A stretch of DNA of 64,000 nt from the NCBI GenBank assembly GCA_045535075.1, contig JAZSKX010000018.1, positions 288,001 through 352,000 of the forward strand, read 5' to 3'. The stretch comes from Candidatus Spyradenecus sp. (GTDB lineage: Bacteria; Verrucomicrobiota; Verrucomicrobiia; Opitutales; UBA953). This document shows positions 1 through 10,272 of the stretch, one piece after another. The position numbers and the translations under genes were made by a program. Position 1 is the first letter of the stretch, and each line of letters begins with the position of its first letter. The notes under the pieces are model-generated. The model searched no databases. It saw nothing but the letters and a program-made list of their open reading frames with translations, and was not told where the DNA came from.

Positions 1-497
1 TCGACGTGTTCCCGCGACCATTCAAAAAATTCGGCATGGTCCGTCCGGAAATAAAGCATCGCCCCGGGACGGGAACGCTGCGCCCAAAGATCGAGCGTCG
101 AATTTTGGATAATCCGGTTTTTGTGGTGGCGTTTTTTGGGCCACGGATCGAGAAAAAGTAAAAACAGCTTATCGAGCGTAACCTTCGGCGGAAGCGCTTC
201 AAAAAATTCATCGGCATCCGCTTTAAGAAAGTCAACATTCGTAAGACCGGCAAGATCGCGTTTGCGCAAAGCGCGTTCGATTCGCTTCGTAATCAAATCG
301 ATTCCGATGCAATTCTCCTGCGGGAACGCGGCTCCGTAAGCGGCGAGAAAATGCCCGTGCCCGCACCCGATTTCGAGCGTCAGGCCGTTTAGCGAAAACC
401 CGCCGATAAGTTCTTCCGGGAGAAACGCCGCGATTTTTTTGCGCAGAGCGTCAATGCGCTCGGCACGATCCGCCATCGCTTTTTCGTAGTCCGACAT
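1..497 (-). CDS. trmB: tRNA (guanine-N7)-methyltransferase, 3' end runs off the window
   Basis: Not in the ORF track. Manual translation from ATG at 497 gives MSDYEK...LEIGCGHGHFL...FLDPWPKKRHHKNR...FRTDH, the TrmB signature motifs. Confidence 0.92.
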   Translation of the reverse strand, partial: MSDYEKAMADRAERIDALRKKIAAFLPEELIGGFSLNGLTLEIGCGHGHFLAAYGAAFPQENCIGIDLITKRIERALRKRDLAGLTNVDFLKADADEFFEALPPKVTLDKLFLLFLDPWPKKRHHKNRIIQNSTLDLWAQRSRPGAMLYFRTDHAEFFEWSREHV

Positions 498-500
498 GCT

Positions 501-806
501 TTACGCTTGCTCCGTGTGCGGCTTGAAAAATGCGGCGGTTTTCCCGACTTGGGAAACGCAAAACGTTCCCGCAGCGGCTTCGATTTCTGCACAAAGCTTC
601 ATAATGCGCTTGCGATCCGGAAAATGGAAACGCACTTTTACAAGGTCTTCGTGCTTAAAAACAATTTCAAGCTGTTTTACAATATCGCCGAGTTCGGTTT
701 CGCGCCCGATTTGGATTTTGGCATCGAGCGTTTGCGCCAGCCCGCGCAATTTTTTCTTTTCCGCTCCCGTGAGCGATTCGAAGGAAAATGAATTTTCGGA
801 ATTCAT
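501..806 (-). CDS. yhbY: YhbY/CRM-domain RNA-binding protein
   Basis: 101 aa; LTGAEKKKLRGLAQTL...IQIG...HEDLVKVRF...QVGKTAAFFK is the CRM pattern. Confidence 0.85.
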   Translation of the reverse strand: MNSENSFSFESLTGAEKKKLRGLAQTLDAKIQIGRETELGDIVKQLEIVFKHEDLVKVRFHFPDRKRIMKLCAEIEAAAGTFCVSQVGKTAAFFKPHTEQA

Positions 807-815
807 GGCAGAGGA

Positions 816-1937
816 TTAAGCGTCTTCGTCGTTGGTTTGTGCGGGAACGGCGTCGGAGCCGATTCCGAGGTCGGCGAGTTTATTGCGCATGTCCGCGTCC
901 TGAAGCGCATCGATAAGTTCGCCGATATCGCCGTCGATAATTTGCGGCAAGCCGTGAAGCGACAGCCCGATTCGATGGTCCGTCAAGCGGTTTTGCGGGA
1001 AATTATACGTACGAATACGCTCGGAGCGGTCGCCGCTTCCGATTTGGTTTTTCCGTTGTGTGGCGTATTTCAGATTTTCCTCCTCCTGTTTCTTTTCGTA
1101 AATACGGGAAAGAAGAATTTTCATCGCCTTCGCACGATTGCGCAACTGCGAGCGTTCGTCCGCACAATAAACCATAATTCCCGTCGGTTTGTGAATAATC
1201 TGCACGGCGGATTCGGTTTTATTGACGTGCTGCCCGCCGGCACCGGATGCACGGCAAACCGTCAGTTCGATATCTTCCGGCGCAATCTGAACGTCCACTT
1301 CTTCCGCTTCGGGAAGCACGGCAACCGTCGCCGCCGACGTGTGAACGCGCCCGGCGGCTTCCGTCGCGGGAACACGCTGAACGCGATGGACGCCGCTTTC
1401 GAATTTGAGCATCTTGAAAACATCCGTTCCCGTGATGAGCACGGAGACTTCCTTGAAACCGCCGACTTCCGACGGTGCGGAACTGAGCATTTCCCATTTC
1501 CATCCGCTTGTTTCGGCGTAACGCGTGTACATACGGAAAAGGTCTCCGGCAAAAAGCGAAGCTTCGTCCCCGCCCGTTCCCGCACGGATTTCGACAATCG
1601 TATTGCGGGAATCCGTCGGTTCCGGCGGAATCATCGCGAGCATCAGTTTTTCGTAAAGAGCCTCAAGTTCGGTTTCCAGCTGAGGAATTTCTTCTCGCGC
1701 GAGCTCACGCAATTCGTCGTCAATCTCAGCGTCGTCGCACATTGCGCGGTTGTCCTCAAGCGCTTTTTGTGTGGCGACACATTTTTCGTAAAGCGAAACG
1801 GTATTGCACAGGCGCGAGTGCTCGGCGGAAATTGTTCCCGCCTTGCGCTGGTCGCTATAAAAATCGGGCGCATTCATCAGCCCTTCAATTTCTGCAATAC
1901 GAATTTTTGCAGGTTGAATATCCGGAAGATCTTTCAT
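816..1937 (-). CDS. prfA: peptide chain release factor 1
   Basis: GGQ motif (GAGGQHVN) and RF1-specific PxT (RVPATE). Confidence 0.97.
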   Translation of the reverse strand: MKDLPDIQPAKIRIAEIEGLMNAPDFYSDQRKAGTISAEHSRLCNTVSLYEKCVATQKALEDNRAMCDDAEIDDELRELAREEIPQLETELEALYEKLMLAMIPPEPTDSRNTIVEIRAGTGGDEASLFAGDLFRMYTRYAETSGWKWEMLSSAPSEVGGFKEVSVLITGTDVFKMLKFESGVHRVQRVPATEAAGRVHTSAATVAVLPEAEEVDVQIAPEDIELTVCRASGAGGQHVNKTESAVQIIHKPTGIMVYCADERSQLRNRAKAMKILLSRIYEKKQEEENLKYATQRKNQIGSGDRSERIRTYNFPQNRLTDHRIGLSLHGLPQIIDGDIGELIDALQDADMRNKLADLGIGSDAVPAQTNDEDA

Positions 1938-1955
1938 GTAAAAAATGAGTTAATG

Positions 1956-3758
1956 TTAGTTTTGACGCGATTTAACTTCCGCTCCGTAATCAAACGGCGT
2001 ATCGAAGTCAACGACGACACGGAATCCGCGCAACCGGCTTTTTTCTTTGAGCATCGACTTCTGAACGTGTTCCTCCGCAAGCAATTCCTGCGGGAACTGG
2101 CAATCGCCTCCTGCCGACGTTCCGGCAATTTCTCCGGCCTTTCGTTCTTCGTAAATCCACTCAGAGACGTTCCCGTAAAGATCGAAAAATCCTGCAGCGT
2201 TGGCAGACTTGCTCGCGCAAGGATGAACTTGTGCTCCGGAATTGCCCAAAACCCATGCCTGCGCATCGATTTTTTCGGCATCGGGCGTTCCCGCGGCGGC
2301 AAGAAATTCCTCCATCGAGGGCGGGCGGACGCGATAGCCGACGATTACGCCGAGACGACGGCAGAACACTTCCACGTCTTCATACGAAACAGATTCAACG
2401 GGGAAGTCCGAATTCGCAGAATCGGCACTGGGATTATTTCCGACAACGAAAGTGTAAAGTGCCTGAGAAACTTCCGTTTTCATCATCTGAGCCTGCTCTG
2501 CGGGAACTCCCGGAATCGGATTCAAGAGCGCAAAGAACGCACTTTGAATCTGCGGAATATCGCGACTTTTCAAATCCAAATAGGCGAGCATATCCTGAAT
2601 TCTCCCGGAAAGGAGCGTGTTTTCCGGGAAGCGTTCCCGTAAGCGTGCGGCAATAACGGCATTTTTTCGAGCAAGCACCGGAATGCCTTCCGTGTTGCGG
2701 GAACGAATCGCCGACTGAATTTTTTCCATATTTTCCAAAAACTCCAAAAAGTCCGGGCGCGCCGCCGTATTTGCCAAAGCCTCCCCGAGCATTTTAAGAC
2801 GTTCGGGAACGGCAAATTCCGAACGCGGGAAATTCTTCTCTAAGAACTCCTGCCGTCGGTAAGCCTTATCCCAAATCTCTGCGGCAGCTTTCCAATCCCG
2901 ATTGGCTTCCGCCGCCTCCGCCGCTTTCTTCAACGCTTCGACTTCCTCGTAATCCGTCGAGGATTCCACCGTTTCAACCAAACGATTCAGCCGGGCGATG
3001 CGCTGAGAATCAGCGGGAATGACAGCGCGATAATCCGCCCAAAGGCGATTTTGAATTTTCAACGCCGCCCGAAGCTTTTGATTGGCAAGTCGCCAATTTC
3101 GTGCGTCAAGCGCCTCGGTTCCTTCCCGTTCAAGCTCGTCCGCCTGCGCCATCATCGGAATCGCCTGCATTGCGAGCATACGGTTATGCAAGCCGACCGT
3201 ACGGGCATGATTGCGCTTATCGGCAGACGCGAACTGCGTTTCGATGCGGCGCTCATGTTCGGCTGCTTCCCGAAAAAGTTTTTCTGCTTCGGAATATTTT
3301 TTCTCGTCGGCAAGTTTTTCTGCGGCAGCCTCGATTGCAAGCGTATGTTCGCGGATTTTATCTGCCCGAAGCGAGTGTAGCTTCCGGCGCATTTTGTCCA
3401 AGCGGAGATTCACGCGCGAATCAATTCCGGAATAAGCCAAATACTGAGCGAACGCAATAACCGCCTTATCGTAAATATCGATGTCTTCCGAAGTGATTTT
3501 ATCGCGCTTGATTTCGTGAATCGAATTAAAGCGCGCCTCAAGAGCTTCAAACTCCTGCTTGCACTGCAGTGCCTTGTCTCCGTCAATCTCGGTAGCAAAC
3601 GCATCGTCTGCACGTTCTTTCGAGCCTTTGAGCCCGCTGGCGTAATACGCGCAAAAAACAACGGCAACACCGACGATGACAAACAAAACGAAAGGTAAAA
3701 TCCCGCCGAATTTTCGATGCGGGACGTTTTTAAAAAAGCGAAATGCGGAAGACATCAT
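1956..3758 (-). CDS. membrane-anchored helical protein with C-terminal FGE/SUMF1 (formylglycine-generating enzyme-like) domain
   Basis: N-terminal TM; C-terminal TEVSQ...NPS...PVESVSY...FDLYGNVSEW...GFRVV. Start set at MMSSAF (3758) to avoid overlap with divergent tyrA. Confidence 0.75.
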   Translation of the reverse strand: MMSSAFRFFKNVPHRKFGGILPFVLFVIVGVAVVFCAYYASGLKGSKERADDAFATEIDGDKALQCKQEFEALEARFNSIHEIKRDKITSEDIDIYDKAVIAFAQYLAYSGIDSRVNLRLDKMRRKLHSLRADKIREHTLAIEAAAEKLADEKKYSEAEKLFREAAEHERRIETQFASADKRNHARTVGLHNRMLAMQAIPMMAQADELEREGTEALDARNWRLANQKLRAALKIQNRLWADYRAVIPADSQRIARLNRLVETVESSTDYEEVEALKKAAEAAEANRDWKAAAEIWDKAYRRQEFLEKNFPRSEFAVPERLKMLGEALANTAARPDFLEFLENMEKIQSAIRSRNTEGIPVLARKNAVIAARLRERFPENTLLSGRIQDMLAYLDLKSRDIPQIQSAFFALLNPIPGVPAEQAQMMKTEVSQALYTFVVGNNPSADSANSDFPVESVSYEDVEVFCRRLGVIVGYRVRPPSMEEFLAAAGTPDAEKIDAQAWVLGNSGAQVHPCASKSANAAGFFDLYGNVSEWIYEERKAGEIAGTSAGGDCQFPQELLAEEHVQKSMLKEKSRLRGFRVVVDFDTPFDYGAEVKSRQN

Positions 3759-3837
3759 AATTTTGTCTGAAAAATAAGGAATGGTAATACTTGTAAAAAT
3801 ATCGGATAAAAGCAAAATCAAAGAAAATCCTTCTCCC

Positions 3838-4701
3838 GTGAAGATAAAAAAATTAGCAATACTCGGCGCCGGACTTCTGGGCGCCTCCGTCATGCAAGCC
3901 GCAAAGAAACGCGGTATCACCGAAATTTGCGCCGCATGGTCGCGCTCGGCACAAACACGGGAACTCTGCCGGCAAGCCGCTTACATCGACTCCGTTTGCG
4001 AAACGCCGGAAGCCGCAGTGCGCGATGCCGACTGCGTTGTCGCCTGCGTTCCCGTCAACCGAATCGTTCCGCTACTTGCCCAAATCGTTCCCGCGCTCAA
4101 AGCAGGCGCGTTGATCACGGATGTCGGCAGCACCAAAGCGTCAATCTGCGCCGATGCCGACGCAACCCTGCCTGCGGAAATCTGCTTTGCAGGTGCACAC
4201 CCGATGGCGGGCTCGGAACTTAACGGCATTCTTGCCGCACGTGAAGATTTGTTAGAAAACCGCCTTTGCTTTATTGCCGATGACGAACGCTCCCGCCGAA
4301 CCGGCGCGCGGGAACGCGCCGAAGCATTTTGGTCCGCGCTCGGCATGCGCACGCACAAAGTCGCCCCCCAAGAACACGACGCTATCGTCGCCCACGTCAG
4401 CCATCTGCCGCACTCCGTCGCCGTCGCGCTTTCGGCGACACTTGCCGGCAAGCCCGATGCGTGGCGGGAATGCGGCGCAGGCGGCATGCGCGACACGACA
4501 CGCGTTTCCGCCGGCAACCCCCAAGTTTGGCGCGCAATCCTGGAAGAAAATCGGGCAGAAATCCTTCCCGCTCTCGAAGCTTTTCTGGAAAAATTTTCCG
4601 CCTTGAAAAATGCGCTTGAGCAGAAAGACTCCGCCGCACTTTCGGCGATTCTTTCCGCCGCCTCCGACTGGCGCGCGCCGCTCTCTCAAAACCCTTTTTA
4701 A
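3838..4701 (+). CDS. tyrA: prephenate dehydrogenase
   Basis: GAGLLG Rossmann motif, TDVGSTK, HPMAGSE, HD...SHLPH, RDTTRVS. GTG start at 3838 assumed. Confidence 0.9.
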   Translation: MKIKKLAILGAGLLGASVMQAAKKRGITEICAAWSRSAQTRELCRQAAYIDSVCETPEAAVRDADCVVACVPVNRIVPLLAQIVPALKAGALITDVGSTKASICADADATLPAEICFAGAHPMAGSELNGILAAREDLLENRLCFIADDERSRRTGARERAEAFWSALGMRTHKVAPQEHDAIVAHVSHLPHSVAVALSATLAGKPDAWRECGAGGMRDTTRVSAGNPQVWRAILEENRAEILPALEAFLEKFSALKNALEQKDSAALSAILSAASDWRAPLSQNPF

Positions 4702-4719
4702 CCTTAATAAAAATCCGAT

Positions 4720-5445
4720 ATGCAAGCCTTCCTCCGAAAAATAACGTTATCCGTCTCTCTCGCCCTGCTCGCCAGCGTTCCCGCAATCGCCGGCAACACT
4801 CCCAAAACTTGCGTTCCCGCAAGCCGAGAAGCCCAAGAATGGTGGAAAACACGCAACGCCGCCTTCAATGTCATCGCCCAAAACCGCAACGCTAAAATCG
4901 TTTTCCTGGGTGATTCAATCACGCACAACTGGGAAATCCCGGGGCGGGAACACTGGGAAAAACACTTTGCGCCGCTTGATGCCGTCAATTTCGGCATTTC
5001 CGGCGACAAAACGGAAAATATCCTTTGGCGCATCCGAAGCGGAAATTTTGCCGGGAAAATGAATCCCAAGCTCATTGTTCTCATGATCGGCACCAACAAC
5101 TGGCGTGATGACGCCGGCGATACCGCCCAAGGAATCAAAAAAATCCTGAAAGAGCTCCAAAAATCCGAACCTCAGGCAAAAATACTTCTCCTTGCAATCT
5201 TCCCGCGGGGCGCAAATAAAGATGACGTCGCCCGCCAAAAAAATGAAGCAGTCAACAAAGAAATCGAAAAATACGCCGACAACAAACGTGTTTTTTGGTT
5301 GAACATCAATGAGATTTTCCTTGAAAAGGACGACGCGCAAACGCTCCCGAAGTCCGTCATGCCCGACTTGCTTCACCCGAACGCCGAAGGGCATCGCCGC
5401 TGGGCGGAAGCCGTTCTCCCCGTCGTCAATCGGCTTTCGCGCTAA
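4720..5445 (+). CDS. secreted SGNH/GDSL esterase (PAF-acetylhydrolase IB-like)
   Basis: Signal peptide; GDSIT, GISGD, IGTNN and DLLHP blocks. Confidence 0.88.
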   Translation: MQAFLRKITLSVSLALLASVPAIAGNTPKTCVPASREAQEWWKTRNAAFNVIAQNRNAKIVFLGDSITHNWEIPGREHWEKHFAPLDAVNFGISGDKTENILWRIRSGNFAGKMNPKLIVLMIGTNNWRDDAGDTAQGIKKILKELQKSEPQAKILLLAIFPRGANKDDVARQKNEAVNKEIEKYADNKRVFWLNINEIFLEKDDAQTLPKSVMPDLLHPNAEGHRRWAEAVLPVVNRLSR

Positions 5446-5595
5446 TCCGAAATCGCGTTCCCGCAACTTCGGACTCTCCGGAACTCAACCCAAAGACTTC
5501 CTCCCGGCGTCGCACTCGAAAGTTTTTTTAAAATAAGCTTGCGTTTCCGCCGCCCGAAATGTTTTATTCACACTTCAATATTTTTTAGCACAGCA

Positions 5596-5910
5596 ATGAA
5601 AGCGACAATCATCACGCAAGGACGCCAATTCACCGTTTCCGAAGGCGATATTTTGACAGTTAACCGCTATCCCGAAACAAACGCGGGAGACACGGTAACC
5701 GTTGACAAAGTTATTTTCGCCGGCGAAGGCGCAGACGCTAAAATCGGTACGCCGACAATCGAAGGCGCGAAAGTCACGCTGAAAGTTCTCGAAAACAAAC
5801 GCGGGGAAAAAATCACGATTTTCAAAATGCGTCGCCGCAAAAGCTCCTACCGCCGCCGCGGTCATCGCCAAGAGCTTTCGGTCGTCAAAGTTGAATCGAT
5901 CGCCCTCTAA
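5596..5910 (+). CDS. rplU: 50S ribosomal protein L21
   Basis: MKATIITQGRQFTV...RRRGHRQELS; adjacent to rpmA. Confidence 0.95.
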   Translation: MKATIITQGRQFTVSEGDILTVNRYPETNAGDTVTVDKVIFAGEGADAKIGTPTIEGAKVTLKVLENKRGEKITIFKMRRRKSSYRRRGHRQELSVVKVESIAL

Positions 5911-5939
5911 TTCCATTTAACTAAAAATACTTAACAACC

Positions 5940-6194
5940 ATGGCACATCATAAAGGCGGAGGAACTTCTTCCAACGGACGCGACTCAAATGCACAGCGTC
6001 GCGGCGTAAAACTCTATGGCGGACAATTCGCAACGGCGGGCAGCATTCTCATGCGCCAGTGCGGAACGAAAATGCGCCCGGGCAAGAACGTCGGTTGCGG
6101 TCGCGACTACACGCTCTTCGCTCTTTGCGACGGCACGGTCGTTTGGGATCGTGAGCACCGCAAAGTTTCGATCGATCCGATTGAAGCCAAGTAA
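5940..6194 (+). CDS. rpmA: 50S ribosomal protein L27
   Basis: [16 protein letters not shown]...RQCGTK...GRDYTLFAL. Confidence 0.97.
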   Translation: MAHHKGGGTSSNGRDSNAQRRGVKLYGGQFATAGSILMRQCGTKMRPGKNVGCGRDYTLFALCDGTVVWDREHRKVSIDPIEAK

Positions 6195-6210
6195 GTTTTC
6201 TTAAACTTAT

Positions 6211-6247
6211 AAAAAAAAGAGCCGCAGAGAAATGCGGCTCTTTTTTT
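6211..6247. terminator. bidirectional intrinsic terminator between rpmA and corA
   Basis: A-tract, GAGCCGCA-GAGAAA-TGCGGCTC stem-loop, T-tract, between convergent genes. Confidence 0.88.
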
Positions 6248-6268
6248 GTTCCCGCGGGAACGCCGCTC

Positions 6269-7471
6269 TTAAAACCACTTCTTTACACGGAAGAAAATCA
6301 CAGAGCCGATAACAAAAAGCGCCATCAGTGCGCTGACGATGTAAAATCCGTATTCCGACTGCAAGCCCGGCAAATGCACAAAGTTCATCCCGAAAAGCCC
6401 AGTAATAAACGTAATCGGAATGAACATAAAAGTGATCACGGTCAAAAAGCGAATAATCTCACTCGTTCGGCGCTCATGTTCGGAATGATAAAAATCCTGT
6501 AGTTCCTGCAAAATAATACGGGAATGCTCAATACGGTCGAATGCCCGCAACGTGTGGTCGTAAAGGTCGGAAAAATACATATCCATTTCCGGCGGGAGCA
6601 AAGGATGATCATAGCGCTCGAATGTTCGAACCATGTCGCGAAGCGGGTAAATCATGCGCCCGATACGCACAACGAGGCGCTTCAGGTGATAGATGGTTCG
6701 AATGTCTTCCCCGTCGGAATCGCCGTCGGCAGCACGCACGGTTTCATCTTCCAAATCCGAAATCGCATCTTCGATTTCTTCTGTCAGATACAGGATTCGG
6801 TCAACAAGCGTATCAATAAGCGTGTAAAGCAGATAAGGCGAACCCCACTTTCGGATTTTTCCGGAGTTTTCGGCAATTCGTCGTTCGATGCTTTCGAAAA
6901 CGAGCTCCCGTTTTTCGTGAAAAGAAATCAAGAAGTTGTTCCCCGCGACAAACGAAATCTGCTGACCTTTCGGTTGCATTTCTTCGACTCCGAGACGCAC
7001 GGCGCGAGCAATCGCCAGAATGACTTCCTCGCCGTATTCTTCGAATTTCGGACGCGACCAAACGTTAAGAATATCTTCCTGGGCGAGCATCGGAATATTG
7101 AAGAGCGCTCCGACGACATGAACGAGTTGCGGGTCTTTCATCCCCATCATCTGGACCCAAACAATTCCTTTTTTCGCCTCGGCATATTTCGTAAGACCGT
7201 CGATGTCCGTAAACTCTTCCAAAGAATACCCGCTTTCGTCGTAACAAATCACGCGAAATTGCGCCGACTCCAAGTTTTCGAACGGCGACTCAATCGGAAG
7301 CTGCCCCGGCTCCCGCCCGATTTCGAACATGTCTTCATCTTCATCAAGCGCCTCGGAAACCGACGGTTGCTCCAAACTCAAGCGCGTTCCCACGATTTTT
7401 TTCCAACGCGTCCACCAGCGTGAAATGTCATGGAAAAACTTCGTTCGCGCGGCGCGATGCTTCGTTGACAT
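6269..7471 (-). CDS. corA: magnesium/cobalt transporter CorA
   Basis: EDIL...RPKFE; two C-terminal TMs with GLFGMNF. Confidence 0.93.
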   Translation of the reverse strand: MSTKHRAARTKFFHDISRWWTRWKKIVGTRLSLEQPSVSEALDEDEDMFEIGREPGQLPIESPFENLESAQFRVICYDESGYSLEEFTDIDGLTKYAEAKKGIVWVQMMGMKDPQLVHVVGALFNIPMLAQEDILNVWSRPKFEEYGEEVILAIARAVRLGVEEMQPKGQQISFVAGNNFLISFHEKRELVFESIERRIAENSGKIRKWGSPYLLYTLIDTLVDRILYLTEEIEDAISDLEDETVRAADGDSDGEDIRTIYHLKRLVVRIGRMIYPLRDMVRTFERYDHPLLPPEMDMYFSDLYDHTLRAFDRIEHSRIILQELQDFYHSEHERRTSEIIRFLTVITFMFIPITFITGLFGMNFVHLPGLQSEYGFYIVSALMALFVIGSVIFFRVKKWF

Positions 7472-7489
7472 AGTCGAAATTCCTTTCTC

Positions 7490-8884
7490 TTAAATGGTTC
7501 GCGAAGCAGAACGCTCCAAAAGGACGATCGCCTCCCCATGGCGGAAAAGGGTAATTTGTCCGGACGCCGAAACAACAATCGCCGCGCAATCAACCGCCAA
7601 GGAAATTGCGCAGGCCGCCGCGTGGCGCGTTCCGAAACCGCTCGGGAGAACCGCCTTGGTTCCTTGAAGCGTTGCCGTAATTTGGCTTCCCGCAGAATCA
7701 ATAACGCCGTCTTGGTCAATAATGAACGCACCGTCAATCAACGCCAATTCCTTAACGGTTTCTTCGACAAAGGCGTTCGAAATATTGCGGTCTTCCCGCG
7801 CATACCCGCTCAACGGATTCAGCAAAAGCGGACGTGTAAATTGACGGATTTTATCACATTCCCCGATAACAAAAAGCGTTCCGACCGGCTTCCCTTCCCG
7901 CCCCTCGACGGCAAGTTCCGTTGCCAACGCAATCGTTTTTTCCAAAACTTCCGGGCGCACCTTTGCGGGAACGAGCGAGCTGGTTCGCGACGTCATAACC
8001 GTCGGAAATTCATTGGCAACATCAATAACCAAAATCGAGTCGAGCTTATTGGTTGCATTCATTCCGCCAATGCAACAAATGCGATCCGACGGCTTAATGA
8101 TTCCCCGCATCAAGCCGATAAACATTGCCGCGCGCAATTGCGACATCCGGTGATTTCCGAAAGAACGGACCGTAATAACTTCGGGTTTTTCTCCCGCATC
8201 GGAATGAAAATCATAATTTTCGGAAGAAACGATAACGGTCTTAAAAGACGGATAAACAAATCGCTCCAAAAGCGGCGGGGTGCGAAAAGTATCGGCAAAA
8301 AGCAATAGCACGTTGCACTTCGTTCCTCGAATAATCCGCTGCGCCGCACGCCCAATGAGACGATTTGTCCCGGACTCATGGTCTTGCGCCTGCTTGGAAA
8401 CCCCTTTGAGAAGTTTTGAAATTTCCGCTCGAAAATCTTTCAGCGAAACCGCCTTTTTGAGATTTTCCAAAAAATCCTCTCCTGCAAGTGCATGGGCAAT
8501 TTCCGAAAGAGCCCGATGATACATACGCGTCTTTGACGACGCGAGGACGAGAAAAATGATCCGCGGCGATTCCGCCGAGCTCGTTCCCGCAGACGAATCT
8601 TCCGTGCCTTCCGGAGCCTTCTCCTCTTCCGGCAAGCGCCCCACGGCAAAAATAAACTGCGAATCAATCACCGTGCACACATTCGGCACGGTAATGTAGT
8701 TCCCGCCGACGCTTGTCGGCATCGTCGCCTGTCGTTCGACAAGCGTTCTGCGCAGATTTTCCCGCATTACAGGCGGCGTTCCCGCCGGCAAAGCGACGTC
8801 GAGCAACTCGCCGAGCGCCGCCGCAAAATCGCGGTTTTTCAACTCGATAATGCGGTTTTGGGATAAAAAGCGATCGATACGCAT
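7490..8884 (-). CDS. PTS-EIIA-like domain fused to DisA_N diadenylate cyclase domain (DacZ/CdaZ-like)
   Basis: EGREGKPVGTLFVIG...KELALIDGAF...GFGTRHAAA is the DAC domain; the N-terminus resembles PTS_EIIA_2. Confidence 0.82.
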   Translation of the reverse strand: MRIDRFLSQNRIIELKNRDFAAALGELLDVALPAGTPPVMRENLRRTLVERQATMPTSVGGNYITVPNVCTVIDSQFIFAVGRLPEEEKAPEGTEDSSAGTSSAESPRIIFLVLASSKTRMYHRALSEIAHALAGEDFLENLKKAVSLKDFRAEISKLLKGVSKQAQDHESGTNRLIGRAAQRIIRGTKCNVLLLFADTFRTPPLLERFVYPSFKTVIVSSENYDFHSDAGEKPEVITVRSFGNHRMSQLRAAMFIGLMRGIIKPSDRICCIGGMNATNKLDSILVIDVANEFPTVMTSRTSSLVPAKVRPEVLEKTIALATELAVEGREGKPVGTLFVIGECDKIRQFTRPLLLNPLSGYAREDRNISNAFVEETVKELALIDGAFIIDQDGVIDSAGSQITATLQGTKAVLPSGFGTRHAAACAISLAVDCAAIVVSASGQITLFRHGEAIVLLERSASRTI

Positions 8885-8953
8885 TTGCTTGTGTACTTGG
8901 GGTTAAGAAACAAACAAAAAGCAGGGACTTGCGACACCTGCTTCTCTAAAAAA

Positions 8954-9325
8954 TCAACGTTCCCAGTCGAGTGCGCCTTTCTTGACTTCGTACCAGAGTC
9001 CGAAAATCACAATTCCGAGAAACACCGCCAGTGTCCACAAAATCGGAACTCCGGCTCCGAGAAACTCGCGATAAATCAAAGCCGACGGAATCAGGAAAAC
9101 CACCTCGATATCAAACAGGATAAACAGCATCGCCGTCAGGTAAAAGCGCACGGAAAAACGCGGATGCACCGTTCCTTCGCCCTTCAATCCGCATTCATAA
9201 GGCAATTTTTGCGAACGATTCGACTTGCCGAATTGCCCGACGATATGACTCGCGATAATAATCACAATCGGCAAACAAACGCCGATAATTACTTGAATGA
9301 GAATGGGCAGATAGTTTTCCTGCAT
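8954..9325 (-). CDS. nuoA: NADH-quinone oxidoreductase subunit A
   Basis: PYECG, RFYLTAMLFILFDIEVVFL, KKGALDW. Start MQENYLP at 9325. Confidence 0.93.
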   Translation of the reverse strand: MQENYLPILIQVIIGVCLPIVIIIASHIVGQFGKSNRSQKLPYECGLKGEGTVHPRFSVRFYLTAMLFILFDIEVVFLIPSALIYREFLGAGVPILWTLAVFLGIVIFGLWYEVKKGALDWER

Positions 9326-9533
9326 AGTATCGGAAAAGATATTCCGCCAATCGCTATTACGCAAGGCGAAAACGCCCGCAAAGGCTTTAAATACACACAA
9401 CGCGCCCGCTCCCGCCTCAAAAAAGAACGTTCCCGCAAACCTTATCCGAATTAAATTTCCGAAAACCTCTTTGAATTTTATGGCGATTTTACACTTTTAC
9501 GATTAGAGTTTCCGCTCCATATAATCTCGAGCC

Positions 9534-10259
9534 ATGAAAAATAGTCTTATCGCCGTATTAGCTTTTGTCGCGCTTGCCTGCGTTCCCGCGTTTGCAGCGC
9601 CGAAACAATCGTCCGCCGAAACGTCTCCGGCGCTTTGGGCGAAAAAAGCCAAGCAATTTGCCGGAAAGCAGGTTTACACCTACGTCGAAGAAATCGGAGC
9701 TGCCGGCTACGCGACTTCGGACGCGCCTTTCGTTGTCGTTCCCGTGAAAACGGCGACGGAATCCGGGAAAAGTAACGGACGCATTCTCGTCCTTATTCCG
9801 TTTGCGTCGTTTGAAAAATTCGGCGAAGCCTATGCCCCGAAACACGAAAAAGGCGGAAGCACGTTCGGGAAAAAAGCCGAGTTGAAAAAACTCTCCGGGA
9901 TTTTCACTATTCACAAAAAAACGCCGGTTCTCCTCGTCGGACTTCCGATTCAAGCCTTAAAAAATGCGCCTGAGGCCCCAAAGCAACTCGAAGCGCAACT
10001 CGCCGCCGAAGCCAAGGAAACAGGAGCCGACAAATCTTCCCGCGAAGGCTACACAAAAAAAATTTTCCGCGTCAGCGCCATCGGGAAAGACGCAAAAATG
10101 AAATCCGAATTTAAACGCCTCGTCGGGCTTTACAATAAAGGTAAAAAATCCGCAGATAAGTTTAAGCCCGATCAAATGGCTTCGGCACTTGAAGACGGCG
10201 ACGACCCCTACACGGCCTTCGACGAAGCGAAGAAAATCGAATGGGAAATTTGCTACTAA
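9534..10259 (+). CDS. secreted Lys-rich hypothetical protein
   Basis: 241 aa ORF with AxA signal peptide; no recognised family. Confidence 0.75.
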   Translation: MKNSLIAVLAFVALACVPAFAAPKQSSAETSPALWAKKAKQFAGKQVYTYVEEIGAAGYATSDAPFVVVPVKTATESGKSNGRILVLIPFASFEKFGEAYAPKHEKGGSTFGKKAELKKLSGIFTIHKKTPVLLVGLPIQALKNAPEAPKQLEAQLAAEAKETGADKSSREGYTKKIFRVSAIGKDAKMKSEFKRLVGLYNKGKKSADKFKPDQMASALEDGDDPYTAFDEAKKIEWEICY

Positions 10260-10272
10260 TTTTCGAACTCGC

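Noticed and set aside
1956..2300. FGE/CLec domain as a diversity-generating retroelement target
   Set aside because: No template repeat or reverse transcriptase is seen in the window.
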